Source: Gemmatimonadota bacterium
GTDB taxonomy: Bacteria; Gemmatimonadota; Gemmatimonadetes; Palauibacterales; Palauibacteraceae
Reading direction: 5' to 3'
Length of the DNA stretch: 62,592 nt
NCBI GenBank assembly: GCA_039587445.1
Contig: JBDHIM010000012.1
Span: 1-62,592, forward strand
Shown: positions 17,704-27,290 of the stretch, one piece after another
How positions within the stretch are numbered: position 1 is the stretch's first letter
Layout of the letters: every line of letters begins with the position of its first letter
Made by a program: the position numbers and the translations under genes
Notes under the pieces: model-generated
The model's database searches: none
Told to the model about the DNA's origin: nothing
The model's input: only the letters and a program-made list of their open reading frames with translations

Positions 17704-19425
17704 TCAATACGTCGTCATCGGCTCGCTCGGCAGCAGGACACCGACCTCTTCAACGTAGCGATCCCACAACCCGATCAGCTCGCGGCGGCGGCCGGCGTGC
17801 TCAGCCGACAGGTCTCGGCTTTCCGCCGGATCCTCGGCGAGGTCGAAGAGCTCCCAATCATCGGGACCGAACGGGTCGGTGGTCCAGACGAGCTTCCAGT
17901 CACCCTGGCGGACCGCTCGGCGCCCGAAGAGCTCCCAGCCCATCACGTGGTCGGGCTCGTGGACGCGATCGCTGTTCCCCCTGAGCATGGAGAGCATGGA
18001 GGTCCCTCGCATCGGTTCCACCTCGCGTTCGCGGTAGCGTGAGCCGGGATGGGAGACGCCAGCAAGATCGAGAACGGTCGGGGTCAGATCCATGACCGAG
18101 GCGAAAGCCTCGTACCGCCTTCTCCCGGCCAGATTCTCCGGGTAGCTGGCGAACGCAGGCACGAGAATCCCCCCCTCTGTCGCAAATCCCTTGAAGAGGC
18201 GGGACGGGCCCACGCCAGCGCGCGCCCAGTTCGGCCCGTAGGTGATGTAGGAGTCCGCCCGGCCCATGTTCTGGAGGCTGTTGTCGCAGCACTCCTCGAT
18301 TGCCGGACCGAGCTCCGGCCAATACGCCGCTATGTCGTGCCCTTCGGCACCGTTGTCCGACATGAAGAAGATGAAGGTGTTCTCGTACTCGCCGATCCGC
18401 TTCAGGTAGTCGACGACCCGACCCACGTACAGATCGAGATCGTGGACCATCGCGGCGAAGATCTCCATCCTCCGCGCCTCGATTCGCCGCTCCGCAACCG
18501 CGAGCTCCTCCCACGCCCGCTCACCGGGCAGTCGCGCCGGAGGCTGGACCTCGGCTGCCAAGAGCCCGAGCGATTTCAGCCTCTCGAGCCTTTCCGTCAG
18601 GAGCTCATCGTATCCGCCGTCGTAGGCCCCGGCATGGCGAGCGATCGAAGAATCGGGAGCCTGGAGCGGCCAGTGCGGAGCCGTGAACGCCAGATAGGCG
18701 AAGAACGGCCGCCCATCCCCCCGACCGTGATCGATATAGTCGATCATACGCTCGGCGTAGAAACGCGTGGAGTAGAAATCGTCTGGTAGGGGGGTGACGA
18801 TACCGTCCTCACGGTAGATGGCGCCGGCATGACGCGCCCTGAGGTCCAGGTCGTCAAAATGTCCACCGCCGCCGGGGAGCAACGCGAAGGATCGCTCGAA
18901 ACCGCGGTTGGCGGGGCCGGTCTCCTCCTCGAGCCCGAGATGCCACTTGCCGGTCATGTAGGTGTGATACCCCGCGTCCCGCAGCAGCTCGGCGACCGTC
19001 ACCACCCGGAAGTTGAGATACCCCTCGTATCCGGGCTGGCCCTGCTGGTTGGGGGTTTGCTCTCCGGCCATCGTCCCGAGCCCGGCCAGATGGTGATCCG
19101 TACCGGTCAGAAGCATGGCGCGAGTGGGCGAGCAGGTGGGCGACGCGTAGAAGCGCGTGAAGAGTACGCCCGTTCTCGACAGCGCATCCAGGTTGGGCGT
19201 CCCGATCTCGCCGCCGTAGGCCCCGAGGTCCGTGTAACCCAGATCGTCGGCCACGATAATCAAGATGTTGGGTCGCCCCTCCGGCGAGGGCTCCGAGGAC
19301 CCGCCAGAGCCTCCGGAGGTGTCCGGCACGCAGGCCCCCGGCCAGCAGGCCACGAGGAGCAGCAGCAGGAGCCGCAGCCACGGCCGGTAGCTGTTCCGCC
19401 AGTTGTCCCGCCGGAATCGGGGCAC
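17704..19425 (-). CDS. arylsulfatase (Cys-type, formylglycine-dependent)
   Basis: PNILIIVADDLGY, TCSPTRAMLLTG (CxPxR), GKWHLG, FTAPHWPLQ, SDNG; lipoprotein-like N-terminus. Confidence 0.93.
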   Translation of the reverse strand: MPRFRRDNWRNSYRPWLRLLLLLLVACWPGACVPDTSGGSGGSSEPSPEGRPNILIIVADDLGYTDLGAYGGEIGTPNLDALSRTGVLFTRFYASPTCSPTRAMLLTGTDHHLAGLGTMAGEQTPNQQGQPGYEGYLNFRVVTVAELLRDAGYHTYMTGKWHLGLEEETGPANRGFERSFALLPGGGGHFDDLDLRARHAGAIYREDGIVTPLPDDFYSTRFYAERMIDYIDHGRGDGRPFFAYLAFTAPHWPLQAPDSSIARHAGAYDGGYDELLTERLERLKSLGLLAAEVQPPARLPGERAWEELAVAERRIEARRMEIFAAMVHDLDLYVGRVVDYLKRIGEYENTFIFFMSDNGAEGHDIAAYWPELGPAIEECCDNSLQNMGRADSYITYGPNWARAGVGPSRLFKGFATEGGILVPAFASYPENLAGRRRYEAFASVMDLTPTVLDLAGVSHPGSRYREREVEPMRGTSMLSMLRGNSDRVHEPDHVMGWELFGRRAVRQGDWKLVWTTDPFGPDDWELFDLAEDPAESRDLSAEHAGRRRELIGLWDRYVEEVGVLLPSEPMTTY

Positions 19426-19436
19426 CCCGTCGAGTC

Positions 19437-20675
19437 CTACAGAACCGCCACGATCGTGCGCGCCGCCTCTTCGTTGTCCTTCTCGACCGCGGCGGCGAGA
19501 CGCTCAGAGAAGTCGGGAATGGCCGCCCTGACGCGAGCCCACGAGGACTGCTGCGGGACACCCAGAGGGTCATCCCGATACTGCTGCTTAGCGATCCGGA
19601 GAGTGTCGAGATAGGCCTCGACCGCCTCGATCTCGGCGTGCCGGTCGTAGGGGATGCCGTTGAGCAGCGCGAGCGCGTTGTACTGCTCGATCGCGAGGCG
19701 AGAGTAGCGGTTGTACGTGGCCAACAGCGTGTCGAACGTCGCGTCCGAGAGCACCACGCCGCCCCGAGCGAGGATCGCGAACAGCGTCTTCGCGATGTCC
19801 AGCGCCATGCGGGCGAGGCCCGTCTCGGTCTCGCCCTTGACGAGCGGCTGGTGCTTGTGCTCGTAGGTGTCCGCGATCTCGACCTGGCAGACGCGCTCCA
19901 CCGTCGTCTTGTCGAAGACCTCGCCCAACAGCGAGATCTCGAGGCCCCAGGTGGGCGACACCCGGATGCCGGTGGCGAGGCTGCGGATCAGAGCGAACTC
20001 GCCGGCCAGGGGATAGCGGAAGCTATCGAGGTACTCGAAGAAGGGGTGGGCACCGACCACGCGCTTGAACGCCCGAACCAGCGGCGTGACGAAGAGCCGT
20101 GTCACCCGCCCATGAAGCTTTTCGTTGACGCGCGCGTAGAAGCCCTTGCTGTACTCGAAATCGGTTCCCGGGTGCGCGATCGGATAGACCAGCCGGGCCA
20201 GCATCGCCCGGTCGTAGTTCACGATGTCGCAGTCGTGAAGGGCGAAGTTGCGCACCCGCTTGTCGGCCAACGCGTACCCTAGCGCCAGCCACACGCCCCG
20301 GCCCTTCCCCCGCTCGGCCACGAAGAAACCGGCCTCCTCGAGCTCGCCAAACAGGCTGCGGATGCGAGGTCCGTCGTTCCAGAGGATCCTGACGTCGGTG
20401 GGCAGCTGCGACATGTCATCCACCGCCCGGCGGAAATCCTCTTCGCTCGCCCTGTCCAGCGAGAGCACGATCTTGTTCAGGTAGTCGGTTTTCTTCAGCT
20501 CCGCGACGATCCGCGGCATCGCCGGGCCCTCGAACTCCGAGTAGAGCGCCGGCAAGAGGAGGACCAACGGCTGGGGCTCGCAGTACCTCTTCAGGTCCGC
20601 TTCGAGCTCGTCGACCGGGCGGTGAGTGATGTCCTGGAGGGTGGTGATGACGCCGTTCTGGAAGAAATCCGCCAT
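19437..20675 (-). CDS. gpgS: glucosyl-3-phosphoglycerate synthase (GpgS-type, GT-A fold)
   Basis: MADFFQNGVITTL start, GKGRGVW, LHDCDI, KGFYARV, GRVTRLFVTPL, RYPLAGEF, WGLEI, YEHKHQ. Confidence 0.75.
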   Translation of the reverse strand: MADFFQNGVITTLQDITHRPVDELEADLKRYCEPQPLVLLLPALYSEFEGPAMPRIVAELKKTDYLNKIVLSLDRASEEDFRRAVDDMSQLPTDVRILWNDGPRIRSLFGELEEAGFFVAERGKGRGVWLALGYALADKRVRNFALHDCDIVNYDRAMLARLVYPIAHPGTDFEYSKGFYARVNEKLHGRVTRLFVTPLVRAFKRVVGAHPFFEYLDSFRYPLAGEFALIRSLATGIRVSPTWGLEISLLGEVFDKTTVERVCQVEIADTYEHKHQPLVKGETETGLARMALDIAKTLFAILARGGVVLSDATFDTLLATYNRYSRLAIEQYNALALLNGIPYDRHAEIEAVEAYLDTLRIAKQQYRDDPLGVPQQSSWARVRAAIPDFSERLAAAVEKDNEEAARTIVAVL

Positions 20676-20691
20676 GATCCTCCTTTGCAGG

Positions 20692-21927
20692 CTAGGCCTT
20701 TTCGGCCAGGTATTTCCGCTCCCTGCGAAAGACTCTGGCCTGCTTTTCGATCTTGGACTCCGACTCCGCGTGATCCATGTCCAGCGTGCCACGGTAGAAG
20801 GAGGCGGCGCGCAGGAAGAAAACCGACTTGAGAGCTTCGACGACCGATGCCCGCGCCCTACCCCGTCCATTCTCGAACGAATGCAACAGATCGTACACGA
20901 TATGCGACCAGAGGGTCGGCCCGAGCCGCATCCGGCCCGTCGCCACCAGATTCTCGAGCCTTCCATTCGATTCCGGCGTCAGATACCGGGCCAATCGGTC
21001 CCTGGCCGAGTCGTACTGGTGGAGAGCCGTGCGCTTAATGGCCTTGTAGTCCAGGGCAAGACCTTGGGGTTCCGCCACTTCGATGCCGTCAAGCCGCGGC
21101 AGCCGGTACGTCTGACCCGTGAGCGACCACCGGTCCTGGTGGCGTACGAGATACGTGAACAGGGTGTTCACGACCTGGCTGAACATCGGGCCGAGCTTGG
21201 GAGCGCTGGGCTTGTGCACCTTTGCGCCGAGCGTGGTCTGGGAAACGGAGAAGTCGCCGAGCAGGGCGTTCACCGTCATGAAGATGTCGATGCCGTATTC
21301 GAAGGTGCTCTCCTGCCATTTCCTCTCGAGAAGGTGCCTGGCGAACCTCACGGAGAATCCGAAATCCCCTCCGATCGGCTGCCTGATATCCTTGCCCAAC
21401 AGGCCATACAGAAGCGGATAGCAGATGTGGTTGGTGATGCTCCCATCATACTCGTTCCTGGCATAGACGGGCGTGATGTAGTCGCAGCCCAACTCCAGCA
21501 TCGGGCTGGCCAGGTTCCGAATCCATTGAGGGGTGATGCTGATGAGGTCGGCATCGACGGCAACCACGGCCTTGGCGTCCAGCAGCCGAGCGGCTTGCAG
21601 CAGATTGTAGAAGTTCCGGCCCTTACCTCGCAGACCCTCGGGCGTGGAGATGTAAACTTGAGGCGTGCGGCTGCCGGCCGTGAGGAAGGCCTCCCGCGTG
21701 CCATCGGGTGAGCCGTTGTCGACGTTGACGATGACGCCGCGCGATCCGCTGAAGTACTCCCGAACACCGATATCAGCCTGCCGAACGACATGCGCGATGC
21801 TGTCGGCCTCGTTGTACGAGGGAATGCCGACGACGATATCCGCCGGGGCCAGCGCTTTCAGCTGGTGCTCGATATCGGAGGAGTCGGGGGCCAGGAAGAC
21901 GTCCCGATCCGGCTTTTTCGCTACCAT
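20692..21927 (-). CDS. glucosylglycerate/mannosylglycerate synthase-like glycosyltransferase (single-step Ggs-type)
   Basis: DIVVGIPSYNEA, VNVDNGSPDGT, GKGRN, VDADL, YARNEYDGSIT, RQPIGGDFG, YGIDIFMT, GAKVHKPS. Confidence 0.75.
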   Translation of the reverse strand: MVAKKPDRDVFLAPDSSDIEHQLKALAPADIVVGIPSYNEADSIAHVVRQADIGVREYFSGSRGVIVNVDNGSPDGTREAFLTAGSRTPQVYISTPEGLRGKGRNFYNLLQAARLLDAKAVVAVDADLISITPQWIRNLASPMLELGCDYITPVYARNEYDGSITNHICYPLLYGLLGKDIRQPIGGDFGFSVRFARHLLERKWQESTFEYGIDIFMTVNALLGDFSVSQTTLGAKVHKPSAPKLGPMFSQVVNTLFTYLVRHQDRWSLTGQTYRLPRLDGIEVAEPQGLALDYKAIKRTALHQYDSARDRLARYLTPESNGRLENLVATGRMRLGPTLWSHIVYDLLHSFENGRGRARASVVEALKSVFFLRAASFYRGTLDMDHAESESKIEKQARVFRRERKYLAEKA

Positions 21928-21987
21928 CTCTTCGCGCGTCCCCTTCGCCTCATCGCTCCGGCCGCATCCTCGCTTCTTCGCGTTTCG

Positions 21988-22797
21988 CTAGGAGGAGAGC
22001 CCCGATACGACGTCGAGGAGCGCAGAGCTCCAGCCTCGACTGCCGGGCTCCGGGGCGATGACCGCGTCGTCCCTCCCCACGTCCATCACCGTGCCGTCCG
22101 GTCGCGGTATCACGATCGGGTGATCCACGAGCTGCAGCATCTCAGCGTCGTTCGGGCTGTCCCCCAGCCCCAGGCTCACGACCGGCGTCAGCCGCGGGCC
22201 TGCGAGGATCTCCTGCACTTTCCGCACCGCCCTTCCCTTACTCTGGCCCGCCCCCATCAGATGGCGGAGTCGCCCTCCAGTCGTGATCGCGAACCCGCGC
22301 GCCGCCGCGTCGTCCTTCAGCTCCGGCAGCCGCTCCGGGTTCGCCATGAGAAAAGGTTCGGTAAACTCGCGTCGCCTCGCCCTCTCCGCATCCTCCAGCG
22401 GAAGGTCGGTCCGCTCGGCGATCTCCCGAGCCTCCATGTCACCGAACCCCCGCAGGCCGTATTCAGCTCGCACGTCCTCAACGAAACGCCTGACCTCGGT
22501 GTATGGACGGCCGAACAACAGAGCTCGGAAGCTTCCGTGCATCCTCGCCCCAGGGATGTCGAGCCCGACCAGGCTGGACGGAAAGAAGGCGGCGGCACCA
22601 TTCTCCACCACGAACGGACCTTCAATCCCCATCCGCCGCTGAAGGCGCTCGACCTCGGACCGGGTCTTACTCGTGACGAATACGAGCGGCCAGCCTTCGC
22701 GGGCGATCCGGTCGAGGGCCGGGCGGGCTCCCTCGTAGGAGTAGTCCGCGTGGTCCAGCAGGCTGGCGTCGAGGTCTGTGAATATCAGAATCAGCAT
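21988..22797 (-). CDS. HAD-IIB glucosyl/mannosyl-3-phosphoglycerate phosphatase
   Basis: FTDLD, TSKTRSE, VENGA, RREFTEPF, KGRAV, GLGDSPNDAEML. Confidence 0.88.
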   Translation of the reverse strand: MLILIFTDLDASLLDHADYSYEGARPALDRIAREGWPLVFVTSKTRSEVERLQRRMGIEGPFVVENGAAAFFPSSLVGLDIPGARMHGSFRALLFGRPYTEVRRFVEDVRAEYGLRGFGDMEAREIAERTDLPLEDAERARRREFTEPFLMANPERLPELKDDAAARGFAITTGGRLRHLMGAGQSKGRAVRKVQEILAGPRLTPVVSLGLGDSPNDAEMLQLVDHPIVIPRPDGTVMDVGRDDAVIAPEPGSRGWSSALLDVVSGLSS

Positions 22798-22837
22798 AAG
22801 CGAAGAAGATGGGCGATAGAAGAACGGAGCGAGCGAC

Positions 22838-24016
22838 ATGAAAGTGGTCGTGGCCATGGACTCCTTCAAGGGGAGCCTTCGCGCGAGCACGGCTTGCGCG
22901 GCGGTGCGCGCCGGAATCCTGGACGCGCTTCCGGAGACCGAAGTCCTCATGTCGCCGATGGCGGACGGCGGGGAGGGCACGGCCGAAGCCGTGATCGCGG
23001 CGACCGGAGGTTCGTGGGTACCGGCGCAAGTCATGGGACCGCTGCCCGAGATGCGCGTGGAGGCTCGGTACGCCTGGCTGCCGGCGGGACATCCCGCGGG
23101 AGACGAGGCGAACGACCAACCGTTCGCCGGCGACGGGACCGGGGCCCTCGTGGAGATGGCGGTGGCGAGCGGACTCGAGCTTCTGGAGGACAGCGCGAGG
23201 AATCCGCTCCAGACGACCACGTTCGGCACCGGCGAGCTCCTGGCCGCCGCCGCGGCCCGCGGAGCCGACCGGCTTTGGCTCGCCATCGGAGGGAGCGCCA
23301 CCGTGGACGGAGGCACCGGCGCGGCCATGGCGCTTGGCTGGCGGTTTCTGGACCAGCGGCGCCGACCCGTCGGCTTCGGCGGTGGAGAGCTGGAGCGCAT
23401 CGCACACATCCAGGCGCCCGAGCCGGCCGGCCGAGCCCTCCCGCACATCACTGTCTTGTGTGACGTGGACAACCCGTTGGTCGGCGAGGAGGGCGCGGCC
23501 CGAGTGTTCGGGCCGCAGAAGGGGGCCGATCCCGAGATGATCGCAGCCCTGGAGCACGGGCTCGTCGGTCTGGCAGACGTCATCGAGCGCGATCTGGGCA
23601 AGGACGTCAGATACGTGCCGGGTGCGGGCGCGGCCGGCGGCCTCGGCGCAGGCGCGCTGGCGTTCTTCGATGCGGACCTCATGCCGGGTGTGGACGCGGT
23701 GATGGAGGCCACGGGCCTGGAGCAGGCGTTGTCGGGGGCGGACTGGGTCGTCACGGGTGAGGGCCGGTTCGACGAACAGTCGCTGCGCGGGAAGGTCGTG
23801 GCCGGCGTGGCTGAAGTCGCTCGCCGCTCGCGAGTTCCCGTGGCGGTGATCGCCGGATCCAGCACGATCTCCCCCGAGCGCGTCGCCGGCCTCGGGCTCG
23901 GCGCCCTGGAGGTCTCGGCGCCGCCGGACCTGAGCTTTGACGAGATCGTGAGCCGGGCCGAGGGTCTCCTGACCGAAGCGGCTCGCCGCTTCGCCGTCGA
24001 GAAGCTCGGGGAGTAG
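22838..24016 (+). CDS. glxK: glycerate kinase (GlxK/GarK family)
   Basis: MKVVVAMDSFKGSL, PMADGGEGT, GGSATVDGG, GAGAAGGLG, TGEGRFDEQS, GKV. Confidence 0.95.
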   Translation: MKVVVAMDSFKGSLRASTACAAVRAGILDALPETEVLMSPMADGGEGTAEAVIAATGGSWVPAQVMGPLPEMRVEARYAWLPAGHPAGDEANDQPFAGDGTGALVEMAVASGLELLEDSARNPLQTTTFGTGELLAAAAARGADRLWLAIGGSATVDGGTGAAMALGWRFLDQRRRPVGFGGGELERIAHIQAPEPAGRALPHITVLCDVDNPLVGEEGAARVFGPQKGADPEMIAALEHGLVGLADVIERDLGKDVRYVPGAGAAGGLGAGALAFFDADLMPGVDAVMEATGLEQALSGADWVVTGEGRFDEQSLRGKVVAGVAEVARRSRVPVAVIAGSSTISPERVAGLGLGALEVSAPPDLSFDEIVSRAEGLLTEAARRFAVEKLGE

Positions 24017-24062
24017 GCCTTGCTCCCGTTGCCCTGAGCGTCCGGACACGCATATTCGGTAC

Positions 24063-24116
24063 GTTAGGCCCACTCGGTATGGTAGGCCGCCTCAGAACGG
24101 TAGGCCGCATGGTAAG
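24063..24116 (+). repeat. three degenerate 18-bp direct repeats (core TAGGCC)
   Basis: TAGGCC at 24065, 24083 and 24101; GGTAGGCCGC is exact at 24081 and 24099. Confidence 0.6.
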
Positions 24117-24154
24117 GAGACTCATCGATACAGGACGACCGGAGATCTCTCAAG

Positions 24155-24868
24155 GTGAATAGGCTCCTCAAGACGACGGCTGTCTTGGCCCTCGCGGCAC
24201 TGACGTTTCAGCCCTCCTCCGGCCCCGCTCAGGAACCGACCAACCAGCGCATGTGGTCCCACTTCCTGGCCGCGGCCGACGTCCAGGCTGCCGTGATCCG
24301 CGGAGACCTCGAGGCCACCATGGAGGCCGCCACCTGGTTGGCGGAGTACGACGAGCCGGGCTTGCCCGACGGAGCCGAGGCGTTCTTGCGGGAGCTGCAG
24401 CGAGCCGCCGCTCGCGTCATCGAGGCCACGACCAGCGAAGCGGCCGGGGCGGCCACGGGACGCATCGCCGCGGCTTGCGGCTCCTGTCACCGCGAATTCT
24501 ACCCCGGGATGGAAACTACCAAGCTCGTCGAACCGCCTCCTGGAGAGGGCGACATCGCGGCGCATATGGCGCGGCACGGCTGGGCGGCCGACCGTCTGTG
24601 GGACGGCCTGGCCCTCCCCTCGAACGCGGCCTGGGAGGCCGGGGCCGACGCCTTCGCGGGCGTACCTCTGGCTACCGATGACCTCGCCTTCGACAATCCG
24701 GAGGGCGTACGGGCTCTGGCAAACCGCACCCACGAGCTGGGACGGCGCGCCGGCCTCGAGACGGAGCCGAGCCTGAGGGCGCGGACCTACGGCGAGCTGC
24801 TCTCCACCTGCGCAGCCTGCCACCAGATGACGGGCCAGCAGCCGGCGATCGAGAAGCTCGACTGGTAA
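24155..24868 (+). CDS. periplasmic di-heme c-type cytochrome (tandem class II/c'-like helical domains)
   Basis: Signal peptide; CGSCH and CAACH each lie at the C-terminal end of an all-helical repeat. Confidence 0.8.
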   Translation: MNRLLKTTAVLALAALTFQPSSGPAQEPTNQRMWSHFLAAADVQAAVIRGDLEATMEAATWLAEYDEPGLPDGAEAFLRELQRAAARVIEATTSEAAGAATGRIAAACGSCHREFYPGMETTKLVEPPPGEGDIAAHMARHGWAADRLWDGLALPSNAAWEAGADAFAGVPLATDDLAFDNPEGVRALANRTHELGRRAGLETEPSLRARTYGELLSTCAACHQMTGQQPAIEKLDW

Positions 24869-24875
24869 CGGCGTT

Positions 24876-25258
24876 CTAAAAGAACTGGTCGATCAGCACC
24901 GGATTGCCGTCCGGGTCGACCAGCATGATGCTGCCTGCGCCGGAAGTGCTCTCGTCCACCTCGGTCATCACCTCGATCCCCTGTTCCATCAGCGTTCGCT
25001 GGATCTCCCGGACGTCGGTGAACTCATCGAGCTGCTGCGTCCGGTTGTTGAGGCCCGGATTGAAAGTGAGGATGTTCCTGTCGAACATGCCATGGAAAAG
25101 GCCGATTATCGCCTCACCATTGATCAGGATCAGGTAGTTCTCTTCCTCCGAGCCGCCGGTGACTTCGAAGCCGAGTTTCTCATAGAACGCGCGTGAAACG
25201 CCCAGGTCCTTCACCGTAAGGCTAATTGAGAATGCGCCGAGATCTATCGTTTGCTCAC
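24876..25258 (-). CDS. VOC/glyoxalase family protein (5' end apparently frameshifted or non-canonical start)
   Basis: [47 protein letters not shown]. No in-frame canonical start precedes the conserved N-terminus. Confidence 0.85.
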
Positions 25259-25305
25259 TTTTTTGAAGCTGTCAGGATGATGGAGCCGTTGGTCCAGACT
25301 CGCCG

Positions 25306-25737
25306 TCAGCTCCGTTCCTCGCAATGGACGGTGCCGGGGGCCGTCAGGGTCGTTTGGACGTGAACCGGCAGGTTGGAGTTCACATCCCATCCCGCTGTGA
25401 GGCACTCGACGGCGCCCGACGTCGCGATCGCGTAGTAGGACCGCTCGCTGATCCAGCGGAGCGTGACGGTCACCCCGTCGCTCTCCCTGAAGTCCAGCTC
25501 TCTGAGGGTGAAGGCGTAGACGCCGTACCGGACGAGGTGGGCGACCTGGTCCCGGTGGAGCCGTTCCAGGTCGGTGCGCAGCGTCCGCTCCGGGGCGATC
25601 TCCTTGCTCGCGGGCTCGCCGGGAGAGAAGTCCGCCCCGCGCGAGCAGCCGGCCCCCAGCAGAGCAAACCAAAGGCAGCCGGCGCGCCACCGGCTCAACC
25701 CCACCGGTTCGACGCGCAGCAGTCGGACACCACTCAT
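25306..25737 (-). CDS. hypothetical lipoprotein with pilin-head-like domain
   Basis: Lipobox LLGAGC; ATGA-coupled to the upstream peptidase; RTDLERL...Y...L.F..SDGVTVT...YYAIAT...C pattern. Confidence 0.6.
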   Translation of the reverse strand: MSGVRLLRVEPVGLSRWRAGCLWFALLGAGCSRGADFSPGEPASKEIAPERTLRTDLERLHRDQVAHLVRYGVYAFTLRELDFRESDGVTVTLRWISERSYYAIATSGAVECLTAGWDVNSNLPVHVQTTLTAPGTVHCEERS

Positions 25738-27209
25738 TCGGCTTTGCGTAATCGCTCAGGGTAATCCGTGGACTCGAGCCATATCCGAAGATCGGCGTCC
25801 GCTCCCGGCAGATGCTCGAGGACGACCTCACGGAAGGAAGCCGCGTCCAACGACGGACGGTTGAACAGGTCCCGGGTGAAATCGAAGAAGGCGGCCTTCC
25901 CCATCCGACTGCGCAGATAATCGAAGAAGAGAAGAGCGCGGTCGGCAAGCACGAAGCGATCCTTGTAGCGAGAAAGGTCCCCTGGTGTGAGCTCCAGAAG
26001 TGGCTTCTCGGCGGGAAGCCTGCGGTCGCGACGGTCCGTCCCGCTCTCTCGCTTGTCCAGATAACTCTCCTGCACCTCAATCATGTACCCCTCATACCAC
26101 GCCGCTCCGGCGATCTCCGCGAGCAGGGGTAGGTGGAAGTACGCCGGAAAGCCCTCTATGACCAGCGCCCACAGAGGATCGGCGAGCGCTGTGGGCACCT
26201 GGACAAAGGGATGGATCAACTCGTGGGCCAGCGTGCGTGTCGCCCAGCTGCTCTGCCATCCGCGGGGATCCACGAGCGCCGTGGCCGGATCGAGCTCGGA
26301 CCACACCGAGCCGGAGATGCCTACGACGTTGTAGCTCGAGATGTCTCCGTAGCGCGGCATCTGCATCACGTGTACCTGTCCTGGAGCTGCCGCGGCCCGG
26401 TATCGAGCCCGCGCGAGCGACGTGATGCGTCGAGTGAAACCGAGGATGGTTCCCGCCCTCTCTCGAGAGGCCGAATCCGGAAGCGAGTAAACGAAGTAGC
26501 CGTCCTCTTCGTGGAGTTTGAACGGGCGAGCGGTCATCTGAGCCGCGAAGATGGGCACATCCTTCGCTACCCATGTCGAGACCCGCTCGTCGCCCTCGAT
26601 CTCTTCCTTCACGCGCTCGCCGACGAACACGGGCACGAGATCGATGGGCGTTCGGAGGGTGACGCGAGAGAAAGACACGTTGTATTCATCGGCCCTGGCT
26701 TCGAGAAAAACGGGGAACCAGAGCGAGTAACCGTAGGAGCGTAGGTAGACGCCGTCATCGGCGATCCTCATGTAGTCGGACGGTGATCGGGCTCGGGATG
26801 GATTGAAGGGTCCGGCGTACTCGATGAGAAGGCGTGTGAGAGGTTGTCCTAGCGGATCCACGACGACGCGCGTCGCGACCAACGAGTAGTCCGAGCGGTA
26901 GTAGACCTTCTCCTGCTCGAAGGGCAACGGCGTCCCATCTCCCTCGCCCCGATGGACGGCGAGCACCTGCAGCTCGCCGTGCAGATAGAAGCTGATCTCG
27001 TCATCCGGCGAGCTGCCAGAGTCGAGGTCCACGGTTGCGAGACCTCGCAGCGCGGCGCTGTCCGGCCTGAATGACACGTCCAGCTCGTAACTCTCCACTC
27101 GAGCTGGTTGACCCAACGCGGAGATCGGCTCGAGGGAGGAAAGGAGCACGAGCATCGGCAGAAGCACCCGCGCGAAACGAGCGGCAGCAGCATAGGGGCG
27201 ATGGAGCAT
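25734..27209 (-). CDS. secreted M1/gluzincin-like metallopeptidase
   Basis: Signal peptide; LAHELIH (HExxH) with a downstream IEGFPAY glutamate; N-terminal beta domain (YELDVSFRP). Confidence 0.85.
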   Translation of the reverse strand: MLHRPYAAAARFARVLLPMLVLLSSLEPISALGQPARVESYELDVSFRPDSAALRGLATVDLDSGSSPDDEISFYLHGELQVLAVHRGEGDGTPLPFEQEKVYYRSDYSLVATRVVVDPLGQPLTRLLIEYAGPFNPSRARSPSDYMRIADDGVYLRSYGYSLWFPVFLEARADEYNVSFSRVTLRTPIDLVPVFVGERVKEEIEGDERVSTWVAKDVPIFAAQMTARPFKLHEEDGYFVYSLPDSASRERAGTILGFTRRITSLARARYRAAAAPGQVHVMQMPRYGDISSYNVVGISGSVWSELDPATALVDPRGWQSSWATRTLAHELIHPFVQVPTALADPLWALVIEGFPAYFHLPLLAEIAGAAWYEGYMIEVQESYLDKRESGTDRRDRRLPAEKPLLELTPGDLSRYKDRFVLADRALLFFDYLRSRMGKAAFFDFTRDLFNRPSLDAASFREVVLEHLPGADADLRIWLESTDYPERLRKAE

Positions 27210-27290
27210 TGCTGGAGACCTCCGGTGTTGGCTGCGGTCATGCTTCTGGGAATTGGATGGGCCCGGTCGGTCAATCGTTGGCTCCGAGAG

